Positions 42,348 through 56,434 of a DNA stretch of 64,000 nucleotides are shown one piece after another; within the stretch, counting starts at the first letter, position 1; the number at the start of each line of letters is the position of its first letter. The DNA is from an uncultured Candidatus Binatia bacterium. Lineage in GTDB: Bacteria; Desulfobacterota; Binatia; UBA9968; JAJDTQ01. Both the position numbers and the translations under genes were made by a program. The notes under the pieces were generated by a model. That model was not told the DNA's origin, did not search any database, and saw only the letters and a program-made list of their open reading frames with translations. The DNA lies in NCBI GenBank assembly GCA_965213675.1, contig OZ243916.1, positions 2,304,001 through 2,368,000 on the forward strand. The letters are read 5' to 3'.

Positions 42348-42734
42348 CTACTCCTTCCGCGTGGTGAGCTCGATCTTGTAACCGTTGGGATCCTCGACGA
42401 ACGCGATGACGCCGCCGCCGTGCTTCATGGGACCGGCGTCGCGGGTGATCTTGACCCCCTTCCCGCGCAGATCGTCACAGGTGGCGTAGACGTCGGGGAC
42501 GCCGATGGCGATGTGGCCGAAGCCGTCGCCGACGTTGTAGTCGTGGGTGTCCCAGTTGTAGGTGAGCTCGATGACGGCGCTGTCCTCCTCGGAGCCGTAA
42601 CCCACGAAGGTGTTGGTGAAGCGGCCGGACTCGTAGTCCTTCCGCTTCAGCACTTTCATCCCCAACCCCTCACAATAGAACTTCAGGCTCTCGTCCAGGT
42701 GCTTGACCCGGATCATGGTGTGAACGATTCTCAT
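42348..42734 (-). CDS. gloA: Lactoylglutathione lyase (glyoxalase I)
   Basis: HTMIRV, IELTYNW, GFGHIAI, AFVEDPNGYKIEL. Confidence 0.95.
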   Translation of the reverse strand: MRIVHTMIRVKHLDESLKFYCEGLGMKVLKRKDYESGRFTNTFVGYGSEEDSAVIELTYNWDTHDYNVGDGFGHIAIGVPDVYATCDDLRGKGVKITRDAGPMKHGGGVIAFVEDPNGYKIELTTRKE

Positions 42735-42793
42735 GGCGATCTCCCTTCCAGTGGTTGCCGGCCGCGGAGCCTGCCGCTGGCGCGCCTTCGAGT

Positions 42794-43411
42794 TCACTCG
42801 CAGGCCACGCGCAGCGGATCCACCACCGCCTCCCGGATGGCCCAGCCCTCGGACCGTGTGAAGCTCACATGGCTCAACTCGCAGGGCTTGAGACGGAACG
42901 TGCGATACTGATTCAGCGGGGTGCCGCTGATGCGGCACAAGGCCGAAAGGATCGGGAAGCTGTGGCTCACCACCACGAGGGTGTGGTCCTCGTCGTGACC
43001 CTCGACGATGCGGTTGAGCGCGGACCACACCCGGCGGTCCACGTCGACGAGACGCTCCCCGCCGGGCAACTCCACCGCCTCCGGCCGCGTGCGCCACTGC
43101 TCGATCAACTCCGCGAACCGCGCCCGGACATCCACGAACGTGAGCCCCTCCATCGCGCCGTGGTCGAGCTCGCGCAGGTCCGGTTCAATCCGGACGGCGA
43201 CCTCGTGGGGGCCGCCGACAATCTCCGCGGTCTCCCGGGCGCGCCGCAGATCACTGGCGTACACCGCGTCGATGCGCCGGCCGCTCAGATGGCCGGCCAC
43301 CTCGCTTGCCTGGCGCTGCCCGGTCTCGTTCAACTCGATGTCGGAACTCCCCTGGCACCGTCCCTCGCGGTTCCAGCGGGTCTCGCCGTGGCGTAACAGG
43401 AAGATCTGCAT
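42794..43411 (-). CDS. Histidine phosphatase family protein
   Basis: RHGET, SDLRRARETA, LRELDHG, GGE, VSH. Confidence 0.9.
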   Translation of the reverse strand: MQIFLLRHGETRWNREGRCQGSSDIELNETGQRQASEVAGHLSGRRIDAVYASDLRRARETAEIVGGPHEVAVRIEPDLRELDHGAMEGLTFVDVRARFAELIEQWRTRPEAVELPGGERLVDVDRRVWSALNRIVEGHDEDHTLVVVSHSFPILSALCRISGTPLNQYRTFRLKPCELSHVSFTRSEGWAIREAVVDPLRVACE

Positions 43412-43435
43412 GAGGCGTGCGAACCGCAACAGACG

Positions 43436-46623
<3,188 letters not shown>

Positions 46624-46639
46624 AGGGACCGGGGACGAC

Positions 46640-47623
46640 GTGGCGGCAGCCAGGACAGGGAGAAGCGCGGCCTCACCGGGATCATCGCCGCGGCCAGCGC
46701 AACAGCGCCAGTCCGAAGCCCGCGCCGGCAAGGTCGGGTTTGTGGCTCTGACCCTGTGGCGCCGGCACCACATTCCAATCCACTCCATGTGCGCCCTGGC
46801 CCTGGCGTTCTACGTCATCACGGTTTCGTCCACCGCTCCCGACAAGGGTGACCCGGTCACGCGCCTTCTGGCCCTTTCGGTCAAGCCGCTCCAGATCTCG
46901 CTTCACGCGCTGGGCTCGGCAATCCGCCACCTTCAGATCAACTACGTAACCCTCAGGGACCTGTGGTACGAGAACCATGCCTTGAAGGAGCAGATCGCGG
47001 CCCTCGAAGCCGAACGGAACCGGCTCTTCGAGGCCAAACTCGCCAACGACCGCCTGGTCGAGCTGCTTGAGATCCGCACCCGCATACTCCGGGAGTCGGT
47101 GGCGGCCACCGTGATCAACAACAGCGCCAGCAGTTGGTTTCGCACCATCACGGTGGACAAGGGCGCCGCCTCCGGCATCCATCAGGGCATGGCGGTGATT
47201 ACGCCAAGGGGAGTCGTGGGCAGGGTGGTCTCGGTGGCCGAGGACACCGCCAAGGTCATGCTGCTCACGGATCACAAGAGCGGCATCGACATCATCACCC
47301 AGCGGACACGGGTGCGCGGCATCGTCTCGGGCTCGTTGGATGGAGAGCCCATCGTCAAGTACATGGGGCGGAACGAGGATATCCGCCCTGGCGACCGCCT
47401 CATCACCTCGGGGCTGGACGGTACCTTTCCCAAGGGGCTTCTGGTGGGTACCATCATCGGCATCTCCGACGACGGGCCCGGGCTCTTCCGGCGCGTCCGG
47501 GTGTCGCTGTCGGTGGACCCATTGGTCATGGAAGAGGTGCTGTTCATCTCCGACAAGCCACGACCGGCCATTTCTTCGACGGCCCCACGGGGTCCCCAGG
47601 CAACCCCTGCCGCCACGCCATGA
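46640..47623 (+). CDS. mreC: Rod shape-determining protein MreC
   Basis: TM, coiled coil, DKG..SGI, GVVGRV, TSGLDG.FPKGL.VG; synteny. Confidence 0.92.
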   Translation: MAAARTGRSAASPGSSPRPAQQRQSEARAGKVGFVALTLWRRHHIPIHSMCALALAFYVITVSSTAPDKGDPVTRLLALSVKPLQISLHALGSAIRHLQINYVTLRDLWYENHALKEQIAALEAERNRLFEAKLANDRLVELLEIRTRILRESVAATVINNSASSWFRTITVDKGAASGIHQGMAVITPRGVVGRVVSVAEDTAKVMLLTDHKSGIDIITQRTRVRGIVSGSLDGEPIVKYMGRNEDIRPGDRLITSGLDGTFPKGLLVGTIIGISDDGPGLFRRVRVSLSVDPLVMEEVLFISDKPRPAISSTAPRGPQATPAATP

Positions 47624-48144
47624 ACCTGTCGCTGGTCTTCTTCGCCATCGGCATCGTCTTCGTCGTCTTGCAGGCCACCATCCTGCACCTGGCGAGCTGG
47701 ACGCCCATCATTCCCGATCTGGCGCTGATCCTGTGTGTGTACTGGGCGCTCAACCGGCCGCGGGCGGCCGCCGTGTGGGCGACCTTCATGCTCGGGTACG
47801 CCATCGACATGGTGTCGAATCCACTACCCGGAGCCAACGCGTTGGCCTTCTCCGCGGTCTTTCTGGTGGTTTTTCTGGTGTTCCGCTACGTCTGGGCCAG
47901 GGGTCCTCTGGTCAGCGCCGTCACCGTGTTCGTCGCCATCTGGGTGAAGGTAGGCGCGCTGCTTGCCATCTCGCCGCTGTTCGAGTTGCCTGCGGACAAC
48001 TGGGTCGTACTCGGCTATGCGGTCCTGCGGGAAGCGACCTTCTCCGCGTGCATCGCCCCGCCGTTGTTCTTCATGCTTCGCTCCATCCAGAATCGCATGG
48101 AAACCACGAAGAAACCTTCGTCCCTGGCCAATGCTTCTACTTAG
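47620..48144 (+). CDS. mreD: Rod shape-determining protein MreD
   Basis: Hydrophobic, PDLALI..YWAL, G..ID; ATGA overlap with mreC. Confidence 0.88.
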   Translation: MNLSLVFFAIGIVFVVLQATILHLASWTPIIPDLALILCVYWALNRPRAAAVWATFMLGYAIDMVSNPLPGANALAFSAVFLVVFLVFRYVWARGPLVSAVTVFVAIWVKVGALLAISPLFELPADNWVVLGYAVLREATFSACIAPPLFFMLRSIQNRMETTKKPSSLANAST

Positions 48145-50020
48145 GCCAAACGCCCGAATGCAGCCGGAGTTCCGCGGGCGCATCCGTTTCTTCACGCTCC
48201 TGGTCTTGCTCAGCTTCGCCTTCCTGACCTATCGCCTTTGGGTGCTTCAGATCCTGCAAGGCCAGGAATATGCGGTGATGTCGGAAAGCAATCGGATCCG
48301 GCTCCAGCGCATCCCTGCGTTGCGCGGTCTGGTGTTCGACCGGCACCAGCGACTGTTGATCAATAGCCGCCCATCCTTCGACGTGCATTACCGGCCGGGG
48401 GATGCGGAAAACGGTCTCGCTCCGCTGCAGCATCTCGCGAAGCTGCTGGATGCCGACGCCGATGAACTCGTGGAGACGGCGCTCCAGGCCAACGGGCCGA
48501 AGGGAGTGACCCTTCTCCGGGACGTGGACTGGCCCGCGGTGGTCGCGGTGGAAACGCATCAGGTGGAACTCCCGGGCATCGAGTTGAGCGTCAAGGCGCG
48601 GCGCAGCTACCTCACCGATGACATGACCGCCCACCTGCTCGGTTACTTGGGAGAGATCACCGGCGAGCAGTTGCGGATGCTGCGCCGGAAAGGCTACCGG
48701 CGCGGAGACGAGATCGGGCAGGCAGGCGTCGAGAAGCGCTGGGAGGAACACCTCGCCGGGCGCAGCGGCGGCGAAAGAGTCGAAGTGGACGCCATCGGAC
48801 GGAAGGTCCGGGTGATCGACCGTCTCAAGGCGACACCCGGGCACAACGTAGTGCTGACACTGGATTTGAACGTGCAACAGGCGGCTTATGACGCATTGAA
48901 AAACCGGGAGGGCGCCGTCGTCGTCCTGGACGTGACTTCCGGAGCCGTGCGCGCGCTGGTCAGCACTCCAGCCTTCAATCCCAACGCATTCGCCCGCGGG
49001 CTCACGGCCCGTGAGTGGCGCCGCTTGACCAGCGATAGCGAAACCCCCCTGCACAACCGGACGCTCCAGGGTCATTTCCCGCCGGGCTCCACCTTCAAGA
49101 TCGTGACGGCTCTGGCCGCGTTGCAGGAAGGGGTCATCACCCCCAACAAACGACTGTTCTGCGGCGGCACCCACAAGGTGGGCAACCGGGTCCTGAGAGA
49201 CTGGAAAAAGTACGGGCACGGCCATGTCGACATGCACCAGGCCTTGGTGCAGTCGTGTGACGTCTACTTCTACCAGGTGGCGCAGCGGCTGGGGGTGGAC
49301 AAGATGGCCAAGTGGGCGCGCCGTTTCGGACTGGGCGCGCCCACCGGGATACCCCTTGAAGGAGAAAGCGCCGGACTGGTCCCCGACCGTGCCTGGAAGC
49401 GGCGGCGTTTCGGCACACCCTGGTACCCGGGCGAGACCCCGCTGGTGGGAATCGGTCAGGGCTTCATCGGCGCCACGCCGCTGCAAATGGCCACCATGGT
49501 CGCCGCCGTGGCCAACGGCGGAACCATCTATCGACCGTGGTTCGTTCAGCGGGTCATGTCCCTCAGCGGTGAAGTGATGGAAGAATACGGTCCGGTGCGC
49601 GCCGCCACGGTGAACCTCAAGAAGGGCACCCTGGAGGTGGTGCGCCGGGCGCTGACCGACGTGGTCCACGGACAGCGGGGCACGGCCAAGCTCGCGCGTT
49701 CGGATCTGGTGCGCATTGCCGGCAAGACCGGCACCGCGCAAGTGGCGGAAATGCGCGGCGAAGCCGTCAAGAGCAAGGATCTCCCCTACGAGATCCGGGA
49801 CCACGCGTGGTTCGTGGCCTACGCCCCGACGGACAAGCCCGAGATCGCCGTCGCCACCCTCGTGGAGCACGGCGGAGGCGGCGGAGCCACGGCCGCGCCC
49901 ATCACCCGCAAGGTGGTCGAGGCGTGGTTCCGCTCGGGTAAAGGCGGATCCGAAGACGCGGAAATGGCGGATACGCCGTTGCCCGCGCTGATGGCCGAGC
50001 GGTCACAACGTGCAAATTGA
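48131..50020 (+). CDS. mrdA: Penicillin-binding protein 2
   Basis: PGSTFK (SxxK), SCD, KTG, DHAWF; synteny. Confidence 0.95.
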   Translation: MLLLRPNARMQPEFRGRIRFFTLLVLLSFAFLTYRLWVLQILQGQEYAVMSESNRIRLQRIPALRGLVFDRHQRLLINSRPSFDVHYRPGDAENGLAPLQHLAKLLDADADELVETALQANGPKGVTLLRDVDWPAVVAVETHQVELPGIELSVKARRSYLTDDMTAHLLGYLGEITGEQLRMLRRKGYRRGDEIGQAGVEKRWEEHLAGRSGGERVEVDAIGRKVRVIDRLKATPGHNVVLTLDLNVQQAAYDALKNREGAVVVLDVTSGAVRALVSTPAFNPNAFARGLTAREWRRLTSDSETPLHNRTLQGHFPPGSTFKIVTALAALQEGVITPNKRLFCGGTHKVGNRVLRDWKKYGHGHVDMHQALVQSCDVYFYQVAQRLGVDKMAKWARRFGLGAPTGIPLEGESAGLVPDRAWKRRRFGTPWYPGETPLVGIGQGFIGATPLQMATMVAAVANGGTIYRPWFVQRVMSLSGEVMEEYGPVRAATVNLKKGTLEVVRRALTDVVHGQRGTAKLARSDLVRIAGKTGTAQVAEMRGEAVKSKDLPYEIRDHAWFVAYAPTDKPEIAVATLVEHGGGGGATAAPITRKVVEAWFRSGKGGSEDAEMADTPLPALMAERSQRAN

Positions 50021-51107
50021 CCGTCGCCTCGTGGTCAGCTTCGACTGGCCTCTGTTCATGGTCTCCATCGGACTGGCGCTGCTGGGGATCGTTACCATCT
50101 ACAGCGCCACCTGCAACGCCGACGAGGAGTGCTCGCGCTTCCTCGCCACCAAGCAATCCTACTGGCTCGTCATCGGCCTGTTCTGGATGGTGGTCGCCTT
50201 CTCGGTGGACTACCAGCGACTGAACCGCTGGGCGTATCCCATCTATGGCGCGGTCGTCGTTCTCCTCGGCCTCGTGCTGCTCATCGGTATCACCAGTGGG
50301 GGCTCCCAGCGTTGGCTGGACCTGCGCTTCTTCGCTTTGCAGCCCTCCGAACTGGCCAAGCTCGTGCTTGTACTCGTTCTCGCCAAGACCCTGTGCTACT
50401 ACGAACCCGGCTATTCGTTGACCGCTCTGGGCGTACCGCTCATGCTGAGCACGCCGGTGCTGGCGCTGGTGCTGCTGCAGCCGGACCTGGGCACGTCGGT
50501 GTTGATCTTTCTCATCGCCATGGCGGTGGTGGTGATGTCCGGACTGCGCGTGCGCTCGCTCGTATACTTCACCATAGCGGCCATCGCCGCCCTGCCCGTA
50601 GGATGGCAATTCCTACAGCCGTACCAGAAGACCCGCATCTGGACCTTCATGAACCCCGAGTCGGACCCCCTCGGAGCAGGCTACCACGTCGTCCAGTCCA
50701 AAATCGCCATCGGCTCCGGACGTCTCTGGGGCACGGGGTATCTTCAGGGGAGCCAGAACCGTCTGGAGTTCCTCCCCGAGCAGCATACGGATTTCATCTT
50801 CGCGGTGTTCGCCGAAGAGTGGGGATTCTCGGGGTGTGTGGTGCTGCTGGCCGCCTATACATTGCTGCTCCTGCTGGCGTTACGGGTGGTGCGACGGGCC
50901 AAGGACCGCTTCGGCGTGCTCCTGGCCGCCGGGGTCGCGGCGATGCTGTTCTGGCAGTTCACCATCAACATCGGCATGGTCACCGGGCTTCTGCCCGTGG
51001 TGGGCATCCCCTTGCCCCTCATCAGCTACGGCGGGTCCTCGCTGGTGACCACCATGCTGGCCCTTGGCCTCCTCATCAACGTGAGCATGAGGCGCAACAC
51101 GCGCTAG
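50010..51107 (+). CDS. rodA: Rod shape-determining protein RodA
   Basis: QPSELAK, QPDLGT, GYH..QS.IAIGSG, PEQHTDFIF, SYGGSS. Confidence 0.95.
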   Translation: MQIDRRLVVSFDWPLFMVSIGLALLGIVTIYSATCNADEECSRFLATKQSYWLVIGLFWMVVAFSVDYQRLNRWAYPIYGAVVVLLGLVLLIGITSGGSQRWLDLRFFALQPSELAKLVLVLVLAKTLCYYEPGYSLTALGVPLMLSTPVLALVLLQPDLGTSVLIFLIAMAVVVMSGLRVRSLVYFTIAAIAALPVGWQFLQPYQKTRIWTFMNPESDPLGAGYHVVQSKIAIGSGRLWGTGYLQGSQNRLEFLPEQHTDFIFAVFAEEWGFSGCVVLLAAYTLLLLLALRVVRRAKDRFGVLLAAGVAAMLFWQFTINIGMVTGLLPVVGIPLPLISYGGSSLVTTMLALGLLINVSMRRNTR

Positions 51108-51136
51108 GACGCGCTGGGAGCCTGCGGCGCAGGAAC

Positions 51137-51460
51137 CTAGCCCAAGGCCTTGTCGATCTCGCCCACCAGCCTGGCCTTGGGGGCGGCTCCGACGATCTGG
51201 CCCGAAAGGGCTCCTTCCCGGAAGATCATCAGGTTGGGGATGCCCCGCACGCCGTAACGGCTGGGGGTCTCGGGATTCTCGTCGACGTTGATCTTCACCA
51301 CCTTGAGGCGCCCGTCGTACTCACGCGCCAACTCTTCCAGCACCGGCGCAATGGCCTTGCACGGCCCGCACCACGGCGCCCAGAAATCCACCAGCACCGG
51401 CACGGACGCGCGCACCACCTGGGCTTCGAACTCACTGTCCGCAACATGGGATATCTCCAT
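51137..51460 (-). CDS. trxA: Thioredoxin
   Basis: DFWAPWCGPCK. Confidence 0.95.
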   Translation of the reverse strand: MEISHVADSEFEAQVVRASVPVLVDFWAPWCGPCKAIAPVLEELAREYDGRLKVVKINVDENPETPSRYGVRGIPNLMIFREGALSGQIVGAAPKARLVGEIDKALG

Positions 51461-51551
51461 GCGTGTCTCCCTTCCACTGTCCTGCGCCCGCCATGCGTGC
51501 GCGCCCTCGGACCCTGCCATGGCCGCCGGGTCGGAGCGCGGCCAGATCCGG

Positions 51552-53036
51552 TCAGATCTCCGAAAGGAGGTTCAGCAGCGTGCGCACGCCGAACCCCGTT
51601 CCCCCCTTGGGGTGCGTGAGATGCTCCTTGCTCGCGAAGGCGGGACCGGCGATGTCCAGATGCGCCCAAGGGATCTCGCCGACGAATTCCTGAAGGAACA
51701 ACGCCGCGGTGATGGCGCCGGCCGAGCTCCCGCCCACGTTCTTGATGTCGGCCACGTTGCTCTTGATGTCGTCGCGGTACTCGGCGGCCAAGGGCAGCCG
51801 CCAGAGCCCCTCGCCCGCGTCCCGGCCGCACGCCATCAAACTGCCCGCCAGATCATCGTCGTTGCTGAACAGCCCCGCCAACTCGTTGCCTAGAGCCACG
51901 ATGCAGGCCCCGGTCAGCGTGGCAAGATTGATCATGCAGTCAGGCTTCTCCGCCGCCGCCAGGATCAACGCATCCGCCAGAATGAGCCGGCCTTCGGCGT
52001 CGGTATTCATGACCTCGACGGTCTTGCCGTTGCGGTAGCGGATGACGTCTCCGGGCTTCTGCGCGCCACCGTCCGGCAGGTTGTCCGTGGCCGGCACCAG
52101 GCCCAGCACCTCGACCTTGGGCGCCAACTCCGGCAGTACGCTCATGGCCGCGATGACCGCGGCGCCCCCGGCCATGTCGAGCTTCATGGTCTCCATGGAA
52201 CGCGCCGGCTTGAGCGAGAGTCCGCCGGAATCGAACGTGATGCCCTTGCCGATGAGCGCCACCTTCTTCCGCGCCGGCCCCTTGGGCCGGTAGCGCATGT
52301 GTATGAAACGCGGCTCCTCGCAGCTGCCCTGATTGACCGCGAGGAGTCCCGCAAGCTTCATCTGTTGTATCTTGCGCTTGCCCCACACCTCCACCTCGAG
52401 GCCTTCGCCCTGGCAGGAAGCCAGCGCCTGCTCCGACAGATACGCCGCGGTGGCCGTGGACGGCGGCTCGTTCACCAGATCCCGCGCCAGCGCCACGGCC
52501 GCCGCCGACAGCCGCGCGCGCTTGACGGCGCGGGCCAGAGCCGTGCTTCGGACGCCCGCGGTGCGCCCCAGCACCAAGGTGCGGAGCCCTCCCGCGCCGT
52601 TGTCGTTGGATCGGTACCGGCGGAAGCGATAACTGTTCAGGAGAGCGCCTTCGGCCACCGCCCCCACCACGGAATCCGCCTGTTGATCCTGAGGCACCAT
52701 GAAGGTCGCCTCGCCGGCCCAGAGCCGTGCGGCCTCCCTGGCGGTGACGGCCCCGGCCATGCGCCAGTCATGGATCCCGTGGTCTTCGTGTTTTCCGAGT
52801 CCCACCAGCAGCAGATGTTCGGCGGGCATGGCGCCATGCGTCGCCACCAGGAGCGAACGGCCCTTCCTGGCCTTGTAACCGCTCTTCTTGATGAGCGCGC
52901 TCATGCGGCCATGGAGCTCGCGGTCGAGGTTCCGCACGAGACGGTCCTCAAGCCCCTTGTCCGTCACCGGCAGCGCCAGCAGGTCGCTCCGGACCCGGGC
53001 CGGGGTGATCTCCCTCAACCTGATGTTCATGGGCAT
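51552..53036 (-). CDS. pepA: Leucyl aminopeptidase (M17)
   Basis: GKGITFDSGG, MKLDMAG, NTDAEGRL, ATLTGA, WAHLDIAG. Confidence 0.95.
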   Translation of the reverse strand: MPMNIRLREITPARVRSDLLALPVTDKGLEDRLVRNLDRELHGRMSALIKKSGYKARKGRSLLVATHGAMPAEHLLLVGLGKHEDHGIHDWRMAGAVTAREAARLWAGEATFMVPQDQQADSVVGAVAEGALLNSYRFRRYRSNDNGAGGLRTLVLGRTAGVRSTALARAVKRARLSAAAVALARDLVNEPPSTATAAYLSEQALASCQGEGLEVEVWGKRKIQQMKLAGLLAVNQGSCEEPRFIHMRYRPKGPARKKVALIGKGITFDSGGLSLKPARSMETMKLDMAGGAAVIAAMSVLPELAPKVEVLGLVPATDNLPDGGAQKPGDVIRYRNGKTVEVMNTDAEGRLILADALILAAAEKPDCMINLATLTGACIVALGNELAGLFSNDDDLAGSLMACGRDAGEGLWRLPLAAEYRDDIKSNVADIKNVGGSSAGAITAALFLQEFVGEIPWAHLDIAGPAFASKEHLTHPKGGTGFGVRTLLNLLSEI

Positions 53037-53039
53037 GAG

Positions 53040-53639
53040 TCAGAACTGCCGGCCGCGGATCAGGTTCATGAACTCCGCGCGCGTCTTGTCGTCGGTCCGG
53101 AAGGCTCCCAGCAGCGCGCTGGTCACAACGGTGGAGTTCTGCTTCTGCACCCCGCGCATGCGCATGCACATGTGCTCCGCTTCCATCACCACCGCAGCCC
53201 CGAGTGGATTGATCCGTTCCATGACGGTCTGGGCGATCTGGTTGGTCAACCGCTCCTGCACCTGCAGGCGCCGGGCGTAGGCGTCCACCAGCCGCGCCAG
53301 CTTGGACACGCCGACGATGTGCCGCCGGGGGATGTAGGCCACATGGGCCTTGCCGTGAAACGGGAGCAGGTGATGTTCGCACAGGGAGAAGAAATCGATG
53401 TCCTTCTCCAGGATCATCTCCTGGTAGTCCTCCCTGAACAGGGCCCCGTTGATGATGGCCTCCGGATCCTGGTCATACCCGCCGGTGAGAAAGGAGAGCG
53501 ACGCCGCCACCCGTTCCGGGGTCTTTTGGAGACCCTCCCGGTCGGGGTCTTCCCCGAGCGCGGCGAGGATGGCGCGGACATGCTCCGCAAGGGAATCCGT
53601 CTCCTGTTCGCGGTTGTGAGAGAGTCTTTGAACGGACAT
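53040..53639 (-). CDS. folE: GTP cyclohydrolase I
   Basis: [32 protein letters not shown]. Confidence 0.96.
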   Translation of the reverse strand: MSVQRLSHNREQETDSLAEHVRAILAALGEDPDREGLQKTPERVAASLSFLTGGYDQDPEAIINGALFREDYQEMILEKDIDFFSLCEHHLLPFHGKAHVAYIPRRHIVGVSKLARLVDAYARRLQVQERLTNQIAQTVMERINPLGAAVVMEAEHMCMRMRGVQKQNSTVVTSALLGAFRTDDKTRAEFMNLIRGRQF

Positions 53640-53747
53640 CACGGGAACGTAACATCTGCCAAAAACCCGGTCAAATCGAGCCGGCCCGCGTTCCTCAAGC
53701 GTCCGCGCGACCGTGCCCTGCCCCGGGAATTGCGCTATAAGAAGACC

Positions 53748-56153
53748 ATGATTCACGTGATCGAGAACGCTCCCGAGGAAGACGCTTCCCATCTGGTGAC
53801 CCTGGAGGAGATCGGCCGGTTCGTGGACGAAGCCGCGGACTTGAAAGGATGCCTCAACAGCATTGCCGGCATCGTGGCCAAGCGCATGCAGACCGAGGTT
53901 TGCTCGGTCTACCTCCTGGACACGGACCTCGACCGGCTGACTCTGCGCGCCACCAAGGGACTCGATCCGGTGGCCGTGGGGCGCGTCGCCATGAACGTCG
54001 GCGAAGGGCTGGCGGGGCTCGTGGTGGAGACCGGGGAGCCCGTGATGGTGATGGACGCTCCGTCACATACCCGGTTCCTGTACTTCCCGGAAACCGGCGA
54101 GGAACGGTACCACTCGTTCTTTGGCGTCCCGGTGCACGCGCGCAAGAAACCCATCGGGGTGCTGGTGGTGCAGACTTCCCGCCCGCGCGAGTTCACGCAG
54201 GACGAGGTTCGTCTCCTCAAGGCCATATCCGCGCAGGTTTCCACGATCATCGTCCACGCGCGGCTCATGGACTCGCTCAAGGACAAGGAGCGTGAGCGCA
54301 AGCAGTCGCGCCGGCGCATGGTCAACGCGTTGCGCCGCCTCCGGTTGTCCGAGGGACGGGGCAAACAACGCACCGGCGAGGCGCCGCGCAAGTTCCGCAG
54401 CCGTCTCACCGGGCTGACCGCCTGTCCCGGATTCGCCATCGGCAAGGCGCATCTCATGCAGCGGCGCCTGGACCTCGGCGCCATCACGCGCTCCCACACC
54501 GGCGACTCCCGGGGCGAACTCGAACGCTTCCGCGCGGCGGTGCAGCGCGCCGTGGAACAGGTGGCGGAGATCAAGACCCGCATGACCGCCCTCATCTCCG
54601 ACGAGGCCGGGGCGATCTTCGACGTGCACCGGCTGGTGCTCAACGACCCCGTCCTGCGCGACGAGATCGAAAACCGCATCCGCGACAAGGGACTGACCGC
54701 CTACTACGCGGTCGCCAGCACCTTCCGCAAGCACATGCAGACCGTCAGCGAGGTGGGTGACAGCTACCTCAAGGAACGCACCGCCGACATCCGCGATGTG
54801 GCCGAGCGCTTGCTGGACAACCTGTCCGGCTCCGGCGAACGCCAGCCGGCGATTCCGGAGAACGGCGCCATCCTGGTGGCCGAAGACCTTTCGCCCGCCG
54901 ATCTCGCGGTCATCGAGGGAGACCGTTTCCAGGGCATCGTGCTGTCCACGGGCGGCGTCACGTCCCATGCGTCACTGCTCGCCAAATCGTTCGAGATCCC
55001 CACCGTGGTGGCGGCGGAGGGTCTGCTCGAAAGCGTACGCAAGGAGGACTGGTTGATCGTCGACGGCAACTCCGGGGTGGTGTTCGTCAATCCCAACAAG
55101 GAGATCATCGGCGAATACGACCGGCTGGAGCGCCACTATCTGGCCGTCAACCGCGAACTGGACGAGATGCGCGACCTGCCCGCGGAGACCACCGACGGCC
55201 ACCGCGTGCACCTGCTGGCCAACATGGGCCTGCTCACGGACATCCGTTTCGCCCATGCCCACGGCGCCGAGGGCATCGGCCTTTACCGGACCGAGATTCC
55301 GTTTCTCGCCTACCATGACTTCCCCACGGAAGCGCAGCAGTTCGCCCTTTATCAGAAGGTCGTGGAGGGGATGGCCGGCAGGCCCGTCACCATCCGCACC
55401 CTCGACATCGGCGCCGACAAGTACCCGCCCTACGTCGGCATCGCCCGTTCCGAGCCCAATCCCTTTCTCGGATGGCGTTCCATCCGGGTGTCGCTGGAGG
55501 TTTCCGACACGTTCCGGATGCAGCTCCGGGCCATTCTGCGGGCCAGCGCCCTGGGACCGGTGCGCCTCTTGATCCCCATGATCTCGAGTCTGGAGGAGAT
55601 CCTCCGGGTGAAGGCCATCGTGCGCGACATCAAGACCGAACTGACACGCCGCCACATCCCCTTCGACGCCGGAATGGAGTTGGGAATCATGGTCGAGGTG
55701 CCCGCGGCGGTACAGATGGCCCATCGTCTGGTGGAGGAAGTGGACTTCGTGAGCATCGGCACCAACGATCTCATCCAGTACCTGCTGGCCGTGGACCGCG
55801 GCAACCGCAAGGTCGCGCCGCTGTACGAACCCTTTCACCCCGCGGTCCTGTCCGCGCTGGCCCAGGTCATCCGCGCCGCCAGGGCCAGCGGCAAGAGAAC
55901 CGCGATGTGCGGCGAGATGGCCAGCGACCCGCTCTCCACCGTGTTGCTCATGGGGCTGGGCCTCGAAGAGTTCAGCATGGAATCCCTGTCCATTCCCGTG
56001 GTTCGCAAGCTCGTGCGCACGGTCAGCTACGAGCAGGCCCAGGCCATCGCGCGCACCGCGCTCCGGCTGGATACGGTGGACGAGATCAAGCGTCACCTGT
56101 TCGGTGAGATGCGCGCCCTGGGGCTGGTGGAACTGGTGGAACTCTATCGCTAG
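53748..56153 (+). CDS. ptsP: PEP-protein phosphotransferase EI(Ntr) with GAF domain
   Basis: N-terminal GAF (EVCSVYL, GEGL.G, ETGEE), TSH phospho-His, [23 protein letters not shown]; start ATG 53748. Confidence 0.95.
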   Translation: MIHVIENAPEEDASHLVTLEEIGRFVDEAADLKGCLNSIAGIVAKRMQTEVCSVYLLDTDLDRLTLRATKGLDPVAVGRVAMNVGEGLAGLVVETGEPVMVMDAPSHTRFLYFPETGEERYHSFFGVPVHARKKPIGVLVVQTSRPREFTQDEVRLLKAISAQVSTIIVHARLMDSLKDKERERKQSRRRMVNALRRLRLSEGRGKQRTGEAPRKFRSRLTGLTACPGFAIGKAHLMQRRLDLGAITRSHTGDSRGELERFRAAVQRAVEQVAEIKTRMTALISDEAGAIFDVHRLVLNDPVLRDEIENRIRDKGLTAYYAVASTFRKHMQTVSEVGDSYLKERTADIRDVAERLLDNLSGSGERQPAIPENGAILVAEDLSPADLAVIEGDRFQGIVLSTGGVTSHASLLAKSFEIPTVVAAEGLLESVRKEDWLIVDGNSGVVFVNPNKEIIGEYDRLERHYLAVNRELDEMRDLPAETTDGHRVHLLANMGLLTDIRFAHAHGAEGIGLYRTEIPFLAYHDFPTEAQQFALYQKVVEGMAGRPVTIRTLDIGADKYPPYVGIARSEPNPFLGWRSIRVSLEVSDTFRMQLRAILRASALGPVRLLIPMISSLEEILRVKAIVRDIKTELTRRHIPFDAGMELGIMVEVPAAVQMAHRLVEEVDFVSIGTNDLIQYLLAVDRGNRKVAPLYEPFHPAVLSALAQVIRAARASGKRTAMCGEMASDPLSTVLLMGLGLEEFSMESLSIPVVRKLVRTVSYEQAQAIARTALRLDTVDEIKRHLFGEMRALGLVELVELYR

Positions 56154-56164
56154 TGTGGTGTCTG
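56150..56164 (+). repeat. Isolated MITE terminus
   Basis: CTAGTGTGGTGTCTG identical to the copy 4 end; supplies the ptsP stop codon. Confidence 0.6.
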
Positions 56165-56405
56165 TCGGATCCGGTCCAGTGCAAGGGCGAACGGCCGGTC
56201 AAAGTTCTTTCGGCGCAGGCTCCCGGGAGCCTGTGGAGTGTACCGGATCGCAGCGGGAGGCATGGAAGCCGGTCCATTGCCCGGCCTCTCGCTGGCAAGG
56301 ACGTGACGCCGGCTTCCTTCCCTTGACACCCCGTCCCCGCGACGCCCGGCCGCGAACTCCGGCCAAGTGCGCGTTACCCTTGGCTTTGGGGCCTGGTCGA
56401 ACTCC

Positions 56406-56421
56406 TGGCACGACGGTTGCT
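56406..56421 (+). promoter_or_regulatory. Sigma-54 (-24/-12) promoter
   Basis: TGGCACGACGGTTGCT matches TGGCAC-N5-TTGCW. Confidence 0.75.
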
Positions 56422-56434
56422 CTCATGTGGCTCC

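Noticed and set aside
52299-53747. 1284-aa ptsP fusion
   Set aside because: The extra 483 codons are the antisense shadow of pepA and folE; the real start is 53748
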